DNA of 63,955 bases, the filler included, from Candidatus Coatesbacteria bacterium (lineage in GTDB: Bacteria; JAFGND01): assembly GCA_016927185.1 (NCBI GenBank). It is 5 parts of 5 records of this genome, joined end to end, with 100 filler letters (N's around TTAATTAATTAA, not from the genome) between each part and the next. Parts side by side here need not be neighbours in the genome. Positions count along the whole stretch, not along the records: positions 47,914 to 58,011 come from JAFGND010000088.1; 4 more parts are not named here. The stretch is one strand, 5' to 3'. The notes under the pieces were generated by a model. The model had not been told where the DNA came from. It was given only the letters and a program-made list of their open reading frames with translations, and ran no database searches. A program made the translations under genes and the position numbers. Below, one piece after another: positions 48,464-56,762 of the stretch (positions are counted from its first letter, which is position 1; each line of letters opens with the position of its first letter).

Positions 48464-51160
48464 TCACTTGAAAACTTCTGTCAACACTTTGAAATTATTC
48501 AACTTATCTCTGTAGTCTTCCCACTTGCCTTGCTTGACATATAGAGAGTGGAAGTTGCAATCCTTGTAAAATTCTGATGCTTCTCTGCACCATTCTTTAA
48601 GTCGTTCCTTTTTCAACAAGGCATTAGTATCTTCAAGTCCTTTTGTTTCAATAATCCAGACATTATCTTTATTCTCTTGAACTATAAAGTCAGGATAATA
48701 ATTTGAAATATTCCCTTCGCAATCCCTGTAATCAATCTTGAAACCTATTGGCATGTAATTCTTTACAAAAGAAATAATATCATTGCAACTGTCAAGAAAT
48801 GCTGCAAATTTAAGTTCCAGATTATTATCACCTACTATTCTATTAAAGATAGAACGCATTGGAAAAATATATTCTTTCCAGTCAGAAAGAAAAGGTCTTG
48901 TATTCTTTACTGAAATAGTTTCTTTTAATTCAGTTACTCCTCTGTCCTCAACAGTCAGCTTGTTCAAAGCCTCTCTAAAAGCTTCTATAATTCCTTTTGT
49001 AACAGTCACTTCTGACAGATTGCAAAGCACATTCCTGTCTTCAATATTGACTGGTATTTCAAAGAGTCTGGTTTCAATGTATTGCTTCACTTTTTCATAT
49101 AGGAAGTCCTTGCCATCTACAAGATGCATGCTTTTTGTAATTGCAAGAACAAAGAAACCTATTGCATTCTGATAATTCTGAATGTATGATTCCTGCAATT
49201 CTGTTCTATGACTTTCTTCTTCAAAAACTAGCTTCTTGAAGATTATCTCCCTCTTGTCTTTTTCTTCAAATTTTGTAAGTTTCATATTCAGGAAAGGCAG
49301 GTCATTTATATTCAGGTTTGCAATGTTCTTGTATTCCCTGTAAAAGCGGGAAGATAATACTGGCAGTTTTATATTCAGGTTCTCTATATTCTTCTTCTTG
49401 TTATCAGTATCTATTTCAATCAAGAAAGGTTTGTTATTTAACTTACTGCCAATAGTCATTGGTTCATATTCCAGTTTAACACCTTCTCTTTCAATAGATT
49501 CCACAAATTCTATAAAAGCAGAAGTTCCTATGACACTAACTTTTTCTTTTAATTCCTGACCTCTGAACATCAACCTCAGTCCTCTTCCAAGTGTTTGTTC
49601 TGGAAGTATTCTGCTTTTTGCTTTGTAGGGACGCAAGCCAACCATTGTAACTACATTCCTGACATCCCAGCCTTCCCTTAACATCATAACTGAAACTATT
49701 GCCTTGTATTTGTTTTCTTCATTGTCAATTTCATGACTGAGCTTTCTCAGGCTTTCCAGTTCTTTCTTTTTGCTGCTATCAGAAGGAGCTTCTGAAATTT
49801 CACCATTGCTCTTTGTATGAATTACCAAGACACCATCTGAAAGAAGCGGGTAATGCGTTTTCAGGAATTCACCAACTTCATCGCAATTCCTTGTATCATC
49901 AGTCATTATGAAAAGCACAGGCTTCTTGCCACTCGGGTTAAACTCATTATAGGACTTTTCCCATTCTTCATATCCCAAGTCAAGATAGTCCTTGTAACGT
50001 TCAGTAAATTTGTCACTGCTTTTTTCTTTCAGTTTCTCACGTGATGCTTTGTCAGGCAACACTGGAGTTTTTACAATATGCTGTTTTATTGCTTCAACTA
50101 ATGGATAGTCACTTATGGTTTCTACAAAGATGCTTCCATTAGTATGCTTTGGGGTTGCTGTGAAATCCAGCTGCAAGGAAAGCTTGCTGTCATTCAAACG
50201 CAGATTGTTGGAAATATCTTCTATATTCTTGAACCATTCCAGCTCTTCATCATGAATATGATGAGCCTCGTCATTAATGACAATCAGGTCAGGAATTCTT
50301 CTTATTATCTGACCTACATCAAGTTTACCGTCAGTTGTCTTGCCTGCTGGTTTCTTTCCAAGAAAGTAATCCATTGTGTTCTCATCATCAATTGAAGGCT
50401 CTTTTGTCCTGCTTTCATATACTCTTTGAATATTTGTTAAAAATATGTTTCCATTGTTTGAAATCAATCCTATATTATCCTGAAAGTGAACTGAAAGCTG
50501 GAAATCATCAAGCCAGTTCTGTCCTTCAAATCCATTGTCAGGTATAATGGGATTTTTGTGAAAAATTTGAAGTGATTTAAAATCAGATTTCAGTCTTTCA
50601 AAAACTATTATGTTTGGGGCAATCACAAGAAAATTATTGCTCAAGTCTTTGCTTTCTTCATATTTCCTGTTGTAGTATGCCCATGCAACAAGCATTGCCA
50701 TGACAACTGTCTTGCCTGTTCCTGTTGCCATCTTTATTACATATCTTGTCCAGTCTTCTGGAAACATCTTTTCTGATATTTGGCTTGAGCTATCATAACG
50801 CATAAGTGAATATGGGTCATGAGCTTTCTCTATTTCAAATAACCATATTACTGATTCAACTGCTTCCCTTTGTGCAAAGTAAAAACAGAATTTGTTGAAA
50901 ATATCTTCTGTGTATTGAACCCTTTCTTCAAGATAATGTTCTGTATCAAACCAGAATTTGAACAAGGCTTTTGTTGTCTCAGTTGCTCCCTTGTAATTGC
51001 TTCTTCTCCATTCCTTTACACCTTTCCTTATCTTGTCAACCAAGGGAGGAATGAGTGTTGCATAATCCTGTTCAATAATCTCATTTTCATCTGGTTTCCA
51101 TCTCAGGGAAGGGTCTATTATCTCATATGGATTTTCTGGAAAATTTTCAAACAAAGCCAT
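48464..51160 (-). CDS. res: Type III restriction-modification Res subunit
   Basis: MATGTGKT, INDEAHH, TATP, LREGWDV, QTLGRGLR, C-terminal YYPDF...IETKG. Confidence 0.92.
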   Translation of the reverse strand: MALFENFPENPYEIIDPSLRWKPDENEIIEQDYATLIPPLVDKIRKGVKEWRRSNYKGATETTKALFKFWFDTEHYLEERVQYTEDIFNKFCFYFAQREAVESVIWLFEIEKAHDPYSLMRYDSSSQISEKMFPEDWTRYVIKMATGTGKTVVMAMLVAWAYYNRKYEESKDLSNNFLVIAPNIIVFERLKSDFKSLQIFHKNPIIPDNGFEGQNWLDDFQLSVHFQDNIGLISNNGNIFLTNIQRVYESRTKEPSIDDENTMDYFLGKKPAGKTTDGKLDVGQIIRRIPDLIVINDEAHHIHDEELEWFKNIEDISNNLRLNDSKLSLQLDFTATPKHTNGSIFVETISDYPLVEAIKQHIVKTPVLPDKASREKLKEKSSDKFTERYKDYLDLGYEEWEKSYNEFNPSGKKPVLFIMTDDTRNCDEVGEFLKTHYPLLSDGVLVIHTKSNGEISEAPSDSSKKKELESLRKLSHEIDNEENKYKAIVSVMMLREGWDVRNVVTMVGLRPYKAKSRILPEQTLGRGLRLMFRGQELKEKVSVIGTSAFIEFVESIEREGVKLEYEPMTIGSKLNNKPFLIEIDTDNKKKNIENLNIKLPVLSSRFYREYKNIANLNINDLPFLNMKLTKFEEKDKREIIFKKLVFEEESHRTELQESYIQNYQNAIGFFVLAITKSMHLVDGKDFLYEKVKQYIETRLFEIPVNIEDRNVLCNLSEVTVTKGIIEAFREALNKLTVEDRGVTELKETISVKNTRPFLSDWKEYIFPMRSIFNRIVGDNNLELKFAAFLDSCNDIISFVKNYMPIGFKIDYRDCEGNISNYYPDFIVQENKDNVWIIETKGLEDTNALLKKERLKEWCREASEFYKDCNFHSLYVKQGKWEDYRDKLNNFKVLTEVFK

Positions 51161-51180
51161 GTCAACTCCTTTACAATTTA

Positions 51181-51606
51181 CTACAGCTCATCTGACAAAT
51201 CCTTTAGCTCAGGATTCTTTTTCCTTATCAGTTTTCTCTTTGCTGTCATTGTCCATTTCTTGAAAATATTCACTTTTACAGATGCTTCTTTGTAGTCTTT
51301 CACTTTTTCAAAGTAAACCAGTTTCTCGAATACTTTTGACTGTCTTACCAGTTTATCTCTTCTCTTGAGTTTTGTTATTCTCTGTTTCAAATCAGCAGTC
51401 ACATCAATAAAGAAGATTTCATTAGCTTCATTTGTCAGTATGTAAACAAAATAACCTGTTTCTTCTACCTTGTCTGCTGCTTCTTTTAATTCCTTTACAA
51501 CCTTCTTGTTTTCTTCAAGCAAATCCTTGTAGTATGGTTTATCCAAGTCAATGATATTCATTGGATTACTGACGTCATGAGGGTATCTGGTCTTTTCTTT
51601 TTTCAT
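51181..51606 (-). CDS. GIY-YIG family protein (degenerate)
   Basis: YFVYILTN...FFIDVT.DL..R, LVYFE, K.W...K..LI...NP...DL. Confidence 0.75.
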   Translation of the reverse strand: MKKEKTRYPHDVSNPMNIIDLDKPYYKDLLEENKKVVKELKEAADKVEETGYFVYILTNEANEIFFIDVTADLKQRITKLKRRDKLVRQSKVFEKLVYFEKVKDYKEASVKVNIFKKWTMTAKRKLIRKKNPELKDLSDEL

Positions 51607-53717
51607 ATTCTCACCTCTATCACTTTTGTTGTGTCATTCCCGAAAATGTCTATGACCTTGACTGCTATTTTGTATTTGCCTTTTTGTTCATATTCATGAG
51701 AAACACTTGTCAGATCCAGTGTTCTGTCCTTCTTTTTCCTGAAGCTCTGCCACATGTTCTCAAAAATATAGCTGCCAGTCCAGACTTCTCTCTTAGATTC
51801 TCCCTCTTGTATCTTTATTATCTCCTTCTTGCTTTCATAGTCAAAGTCAACAGACCAGTAGTCAATCCAGTCAGTCCATTCTTTAGTAAGTATTTCCCTT
51901 GAAACAATTCCCTGTTTGTCTTTTGATATTTTCACTACATTCCCGTTTTCAACAATCACCTTGAAAGCTCCGTTCTTTAATCTCTCTTCTGTTTCCCTGT
52001 TATCATCCTGCCTGTAAAATACACCATAATCTTTCAGCTTGATAACAAGGGAGAGATTCTTTATTTCAGGAAGGACTTCAATATATGCAACATCAAAGAA
52101 CTGGACCTGACCTTTTTCTATTGCACGCCTGTCAAATACATCTCTCGGGATATATTTCAAGGCAAGGTTCACACCCCTGAGTTTCGCTTCGTCTTTCATG
52201 AAGTGAACTACACCCATCTCGTAATCAAAACCTAAAACATCAACCTTGCTAATCTTGTTTTTCCTGCATGATGAAATCACTTCATTAAGCAAAGACAATG
52301 TGACAGGGGAGTCGTATGAACCAACATAAAGCATTGTTGAAGCTTTCTTGCCATGAAATGGAGGAAGCTGGAAAACTCGTTCTGCTTTGTATGCCTGAAG
52401 AATTATATTAATATAATGCTCTTCTTTTTGAATGGACAGGACTTTTTTCTGCTCTTCAGGAAGGTTTGGATCAATTCCAACAAAGTATTGCCTTTCGTAT
52501 TTGCCAAGATTAAGGATTTCGAAACTTCTGTAAGGTTTGCCATCCTTCTTGAGATTTCTCTGGACATCAATAAGTCTTTTTCTTGAAGTATGAATTGCAA
52601 AGCGTCCCAAATCACATCCTATCCATTTCCTGTTAAGCTTTTCTGCAACAGACAAAGTTGTCCCAGAACCGCAGAAGAAGTCTGCAACTAAGTCGCCTTC
52701 ATTAGAAGAAGCTTTGATTATGCGGTCAAGTAAGGCTTCGGGTTTTTGAGTAGGATAGTTTATACGTTCTTGCACAGTAGGTATTTGTTGAAAAGACATT
52801 ATATCATTCCAGACATCACCAATCGCTTTGCCTTTTTCTAAGACTTCATCCAAATATCTTTTTACTCCTCTTCCATCAAAATATTTTCTCCCATCTTTAT
52901 CAATTTTATTGAATCTATTAATATATTCAATTCTATGTTCAGTGCATAGTTTGTTGAAAATAAAAGTACTGTTTTTTGTAACAAAAAAGATTGTATCATG
53001 TCCTCTAATCCAATTTTGGGCTAAACTCTTAAAACCACTTAATACACTAATATCCCATATTATTTCCCTCTGAAAATTCTCTCCCCCAAATACTTCATCC
53101 ATAATCAACCTCAAATGACTGTTAACTCTCCAGTCACAATGAACGTATATACTTCCATCATCTGAAAGCAAATCCCGCATCAAGCTAAGCCTTTCATACA
53201 TCATTGAAAGATAGGAATCTGTTCCTCTTCCCCATGTGTCTCTGTAAGCCAGCTCTTCAATTACTGACTGCTCTTTTGTAAGCTCCTCTCCTTCACCAAC
53301 TTCTATTGAAAAAGAGAAGTCCGCACCTACGTCAAAAGGAGGGTCAATATAAATGAGCTTCAATCCACCTGCCTGTTCTATCTCCTCTCTCAGATATCCA
53401 TTCTTCAATGATGACAGAACCAGCTTGTTGTCCCCCCAGATTAGCTTGTTTGTCCATCCGCCTTTCTGCCTTCCAGTCAGTTTGTCCAGCTCAAACAGAC
53501 CTATTTCTGCAGAGTCCTTTTCCTCTCTTGGTTCGTCAATGTGTTCTATGGACTGGAAAGGAAGGACAATGTTTGTCACTTCATTAGTCTTTCCCTGCCA
53601 TATAAGCTCTGTCTCAAATGGCTCTTCAAACAGCTTGTGTCTGTAATGAGCAGGAAGCGGTTGCCCTTTGTCAATCAAGCTCTTTATTTCCTCTTTTTCC
53701 CTGTCAGTCAGTTGCAT
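51603..53717 (-). CDS. mod: Type III restriction-modification Mod subunit (m6A methyltransferase)
   Basis: NKLIWGDN, LIYIDPPF, YPTQKPE.L..RII.ASS, DFFCGSGT. Confidence 0.92.
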   Translation of the reverse strand: MQLTDREKEEIKSLIDKGQPLPAHYRHKLFEEPFETELIWQGKTNEVTNIVLPFQSIEHIDEPREEKDSAEIGLFELDKLTGRQKGGWTNKLIWGDNKLVLSSLKNGYLREEIEQAGGLKLIYIDPPFDVGADFSFSIEVGEGEELTKEQSVIEELAYRDTWGRGTDSYLSMMYERLSLMRDLLSDDGSIYVHCDWRVNSHLRLIMDEVFGGENFQREIIWDISVLSGFKSLAQNWIRGHDTIFFVTKNSTFIFNKLCTEHRIEYINRFNKIDKDGRKYFDGRGVKRYLDEVLEKGKAIGDVWNDIMSFQQIPTVQERINYPTQKPEALLDRIIKASSNEGDLVADFFCGSGTTLSVAEKLNRKWIGCDLGRFAIHTSRKRLIDVQRNLKKDGKPYRSFEILNLGKYERQYFVGIDPNLPEEQKKVLSIQKEEHYINIILQAYKAERVFQLPPFHGKKASTMLYVGSYDSPVTLSLLNEVISSCRKNKISKVDVLGFDYEMGVVHFMKDEAKLRGVNLALKYIPRDVFDRRAIEKGQVQFFDVAYIEVLPEIKNLSLVIKLKDYGVFYRQDDNRETEERLKNGAFKVIVENGNVVKISKDKQGIVSREILTKEWTDWIDYWSVDFDYESKKEIIKIQEGESKREVWTGSYIFENMWQSFRKKKDRTLDLTSVSHEYEQKGKYKIAVKVIDIFGNDTTKVIEVRI

Positions 53718-53804
53718 TGAAACATTCCTTTCTTCTGAAAGTTTTGATTTTTAACACTCTGCATTGTTTTAATACTTATTAGTCAAGGAAGATTTTTTAT
53801 AAGC

Positions 53805-53901
53805 ACCTCGCCCTCTATCCTATCAGAGGAGGGGAGGAGAAATTCCTCACTCCCTATCTCTCCTTGTAAGAGAGGGGAGAAAGAATGACTGAGGAGAGGT
53901 T
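53805..53901. repeat. Degenerate REP-like element related to 20152-20229
   Basis: CCTCACTCCCTATCTCTCCTTGTAAGAGAGGGG...GAGGTTAAAA resembles CCTCACCCC...CTCTCCTTGTAGGAGAGGGG...GAGGTTAAAA. Confidence 0.65.
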
Positions 53902-53931
53902 AAAAGAAAGTTTACTGAGCTATTCAATCAA

Positions 53932-54066
53932 ATAAAAGCCCTCATCCAGTTTGATTAAAAATAAAAAAGGATAAATCATAATCTTGGTGGATGAGGGCAG
54001 TCGGTTATTATGATTAGTGCAGTAAATAAAATTAACAGTTTCAGGTCAAGGGAAAAGCACCAAGCT
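53932..54066 (-). ncRNA. Detached promoter-sRNA-terminator unit plus a truncated second unit
   Basis: GCCCTCATCCA (53938-53948)/TGGATGAGGGC (53988-53998) stem with A-tract, GGTCAA at 54044-54049, then GAAAAGCACC as in the main array. Confidence 0.55.
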
Positions 54067-54199
54067 CTAATATATCATCTTCATAGAATTTCCTTATAAA
54101 GAAATTTAATAAAGCAACTATCAAATATTTGTATCTATAATTAACTTGACAAGAAAACATATTCTCCATTTCTTTAATATAATTTAAAAGGAGTAAAAT

Positions 54200-55258
54200 A
54201 TGACAGTCTGGGTAGTAAGAGCTGGAAAATATGGAGAGTTGGAATCTATTGCTTTAAATAAAAACATTGTTTTAATAGGCTGGGGTTTAAAATCTCTTAG
54301 TTCTTTTAAAGATATGAAAGAAATAAAGGAAATGCTCGCAAGTAAGTATGCTGATAAAAGCAAAAATAGTATTTCAACTATAGCATCTGAATTGTGGTCT
54401 TTTGCCCATGACATTAAAAAGGGAGAATTAATTGTGTTACCACGCAAAACCAATTCCACTATTGCAGTTGGCGAAGTGATAGGGGATTATGAGTATAGAA
54501 GTGAACTTGAATATAGTCATACAATACCTGTAAAATGGTTGAAAACTGATATCCCGCGTGCACATTTTGATCCAGATTTATTATTTAGTTTTGGCAGCTT
54601 ATTGACAGTTTTTAAAGTAAATAGAGAAAATGCAGAAGAAAGAATAAAGGCATTAATAAGTAATACGAAACCAAATATTAGTGATGATAACAGTGATTAT
54701 TCAGCTGACATAAAGCAAAATTCAGAAGACCAGATACTAAAAATTAGTGATGATAACAGTGATTATTTTACTAACATAAAGCAATATTCAAAAGATCGGA
54801 TACTAACATATATACTAAGAAAATACAAAGGTCATAAACTAGAAAAACTAATAGAAGAGATTTTGAAATCAGAAGGTTATTTCACGCAAGGATCAAACAT
54901 AGGAGCAGATGAAGGAGTAGATATTCTTGCAGGTTCAGGGCAGTTTGGTTTTTCCCATCCCAATTTATGTATTCAAGTCAAATCAGGAAACAATCAAGTT
55001 GATTTAGCTACTTTTCGTAGTCTTCAAGGAACAATGAAAACTTTTAATGCTGAACATGGTCTTCTTGTTAGTTTGTTTGGATTTTCAAGTGCTGTGAAGA
55101 AAGAAGCGAAAAAGAGTTTTTTCAAGATAAGATTATGGGAATTAAATGATATATTTGAAGCTGTTTTAAAAAATTACGAAAAGTTTTCTGAAGATTTAAA
55201 GACAGAATTGCCATTACAAAGAATTTGGATTTTATCAGAAAAAGAAGAAGAAATTTAA
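54200..55258 (+). CDS. Mrr-like restriction endonuclease
   Basis: VWVVRAG N-terminus, C-terminal E.LI..IL...GY, GAD.GVDILA, IQVK, GLLVS..GF, IRLW. Confidence 0.85.
   Translation: MTVWVVRAGKYGELESIALNKNIVLIGWGLKSLSSFKDMKEIKEMLASKYADKSKNSISTIASELWSFAHDIKKGELIVLPRKTNSTIAVGEVIGDYEYRSELEYSHTIPVKWLKTDIPRAHFDPDLLFSFGSLLTVFKVNRENAEERIKALISNTKPNISDDNSDYSADIKQNSEDQILKISDDNSDYFTNIKQYSKDRILTYILRKYKGHKLEKLIEEILKSEGYFTQGSNIGADEGVDILAGSGQFGFSHPNLCIQVKSGNNQVDLATFRSLQGTMKTFNAEHGLLVSLFGFSSAVKKEAKKSFFKIRLWELNDIFEAVLKNYEKFSEDLKTELPLQRIWILSEKEEEI
54677..54808 (+). repeat. 66-bp in-frame tandem duplication in the Mrr linker
   Basis: ISDDNSDYSADIKQNSEDQILK / ISDDNSDYFTNIKQYSKDRILT. Confidence 0.9.
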
Positions 55259-55313
55259 TAGTTATTAGAGAAATATAAAACTACTGGAGAATTGTAAAAG
55301 CGAAATAATTGAT

Positions 55314-55348
55314 AATAGAAAAGGCTTTTGTTAAAGCCTTTTCTATTG
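55314..55348. terminator. Bidirectional terminator between convergent genes
   Basis: AATAGAAAAGGCTTT-tgtt-AAAGCCTTTTCTATT. Confidence 0.75.
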
Positions 55349-55358
55349 GAGGTAAAGA

Positions 55359-56624
55359 CTAATTTATTTTTACTATTCTTTTTGTTTCCTTCCCTGATTT
55401 AACAATATAAACTCCTTCTCTCCAGCTGCTTGTATCAAGTTTATGCATGCCTTTGGGAAGGTTCATTATCAGTTGACCTGTAATGGAATAGACAGCTCCT
55501 GAAGAAGGCAAGAAAACTGACAAGCGGGAGGAAAAGGGGTTGGGAGAAACTGAGAAGGATTTGGCTGGTATATATGAAGCTGTTTTGCTAGCCTTGAAAC
55601 CTGTATAACCAGTATCTATTGCATAAAGATAATGATCATTACTGCCTATAAACACAGTTCCTCCTCCAATGCTTGGTGAAGAAGCAACATTACCTCCAGT
55701 CAAATATCTCCAAAGAAGAGTCCCATCAGAAATATTTATTGCATAAAGATAACGATCATTACTGCCTACGTAAGCTGCTCCATTTGAAACACAGGGAGAT
55801 GTTACATTTCCACCTGTTAGATATCTCCATACAAGGGTTCCATCTGAAATATTTATAGCATAAAGATAACGATCATTACTGCCAACATAAACAACTCCAT
55901 TTGCAACACATGGTGATGAGTTTATTGTATTTCCAGTTAAATATCTCCAGACAAGAGTACCGTCTGAAGCATTAATTGCATAAAGATATCTATCATCACT
56001 GCCAACATAAACAACTCCATTAGCTAAACAAGGAGAAGAGCTTACATTGTTTCCAGTGAGATATCTCCAGCTTAAAGTACCATTTGAAGCAGTTACTGCA
56101 TAAAGGTAGTTATCATCACTACCAACAAATACTGCTGTGTTTGAAACGCAGGGAGATGAAGTAACATTGCCCCCGGTTAGATATCTCCATATAAGGGTTC
56201 CATCTGAAGTATTGATTGCGTATAGATAACGATCATTACTTCCAACGAAAGCAACTCCGTTTGCAACATATGGTGATGACGTTACGTTTCCACCTGTCTG
56301 ATATCTCCATATAAGGGTTCCATCTGAAGTATTGATTGCGTATAGATGACGATCATTACTTCCAACGAAAGCAACTCCGTTTGCAACATATGGTGATGAC
56401 GTTACGTTTCCACCTGTCTGATATCTCCATGCAAGCGTGCCATCAAAAGTACTATTAGCATAAAGGAAACGATCATTACTCCCTACGTAGACAGTATTGC
56501 TTAGAACATAGGGAGAGGAAGCAACATTGTTTCCTGTCTGGTATCTCCATAACAGGTCTCCTGGTGCTGAAAAAAGACATTCAAATAAACAGACAATGAA
56601 TAGAAAAACAATATAGTTTCTCAT
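55359..56624 (-). CDS. Eight-repeat PQQ-like beta-propeller protein with T9SS-like CTD
   Basis: GGAGG RBS, signal peptide, eight ~40-aa WRY.TG.NV.SSP.V..G..YVGSND..LYAIN..DGTL repeats, SPNPF...GVYIVK CTD. Confidence 0.9.
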   Translation of the reverse strand: MRNYIVFLFIVCLFECLFSAPGDLLWRYQTGNNVASSPYVLSNTVYVGSNDRFLYANSTFDGTLAWRYQTGGNVTSSPYVANGVAFVGSNDRHLYAINTSDGTLIWRYQTGGNVTSSPYVANGVAFVGSNDRYLYAINTSDGTLIWRYLTGGNVTSSPCVSNTAVFVGSDDNYLYAVTASNGTLSWRYLTGNNVSSSPCLANGVVYVGSDDRYLYAINASDGTLVWRYLTGNTINSSPCVANGVVYVGSNDRYLYAINISDGTLVWRYLTGGNVTSPCVSNGAAYVGSNDRYLYAINISDGTLLWRYLTGGNVASSPSIGGGTVFIGSNDHYLYAIDTGYTGFKASKTASYIPAKSFSVSPNPFSSRLSVFLPSSGAVYSITGQLIMNLPKGMHKLDTSSWREGVYIVKSGKETKRIVKIN

Positions 56625-56762
56625 CAAAATCCCTCCTTCTTTAATCAGAAATCCTAGAGAAAACAAATATTTATTTGTCAAATAAAAAATTAGGATATAC
56701 TAATCTAACCCCTAGACATGATGGACTGAGAAGAAGGAACAAAGCAGTATGGACAGGGAAGG

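Noticed and set aside
51603-53717. Phase variation of the type III mod gene
   Set aside because: No simple-sequence repeat tract seen in the coding region or promoter
55600-56560. Diversity-generating retroelement TR/VR pair among the near-identical repeats
   Set aside because: Repeats are in-frame propeller blades, differences are not confined to adenines, and no reverse transcriptase is present
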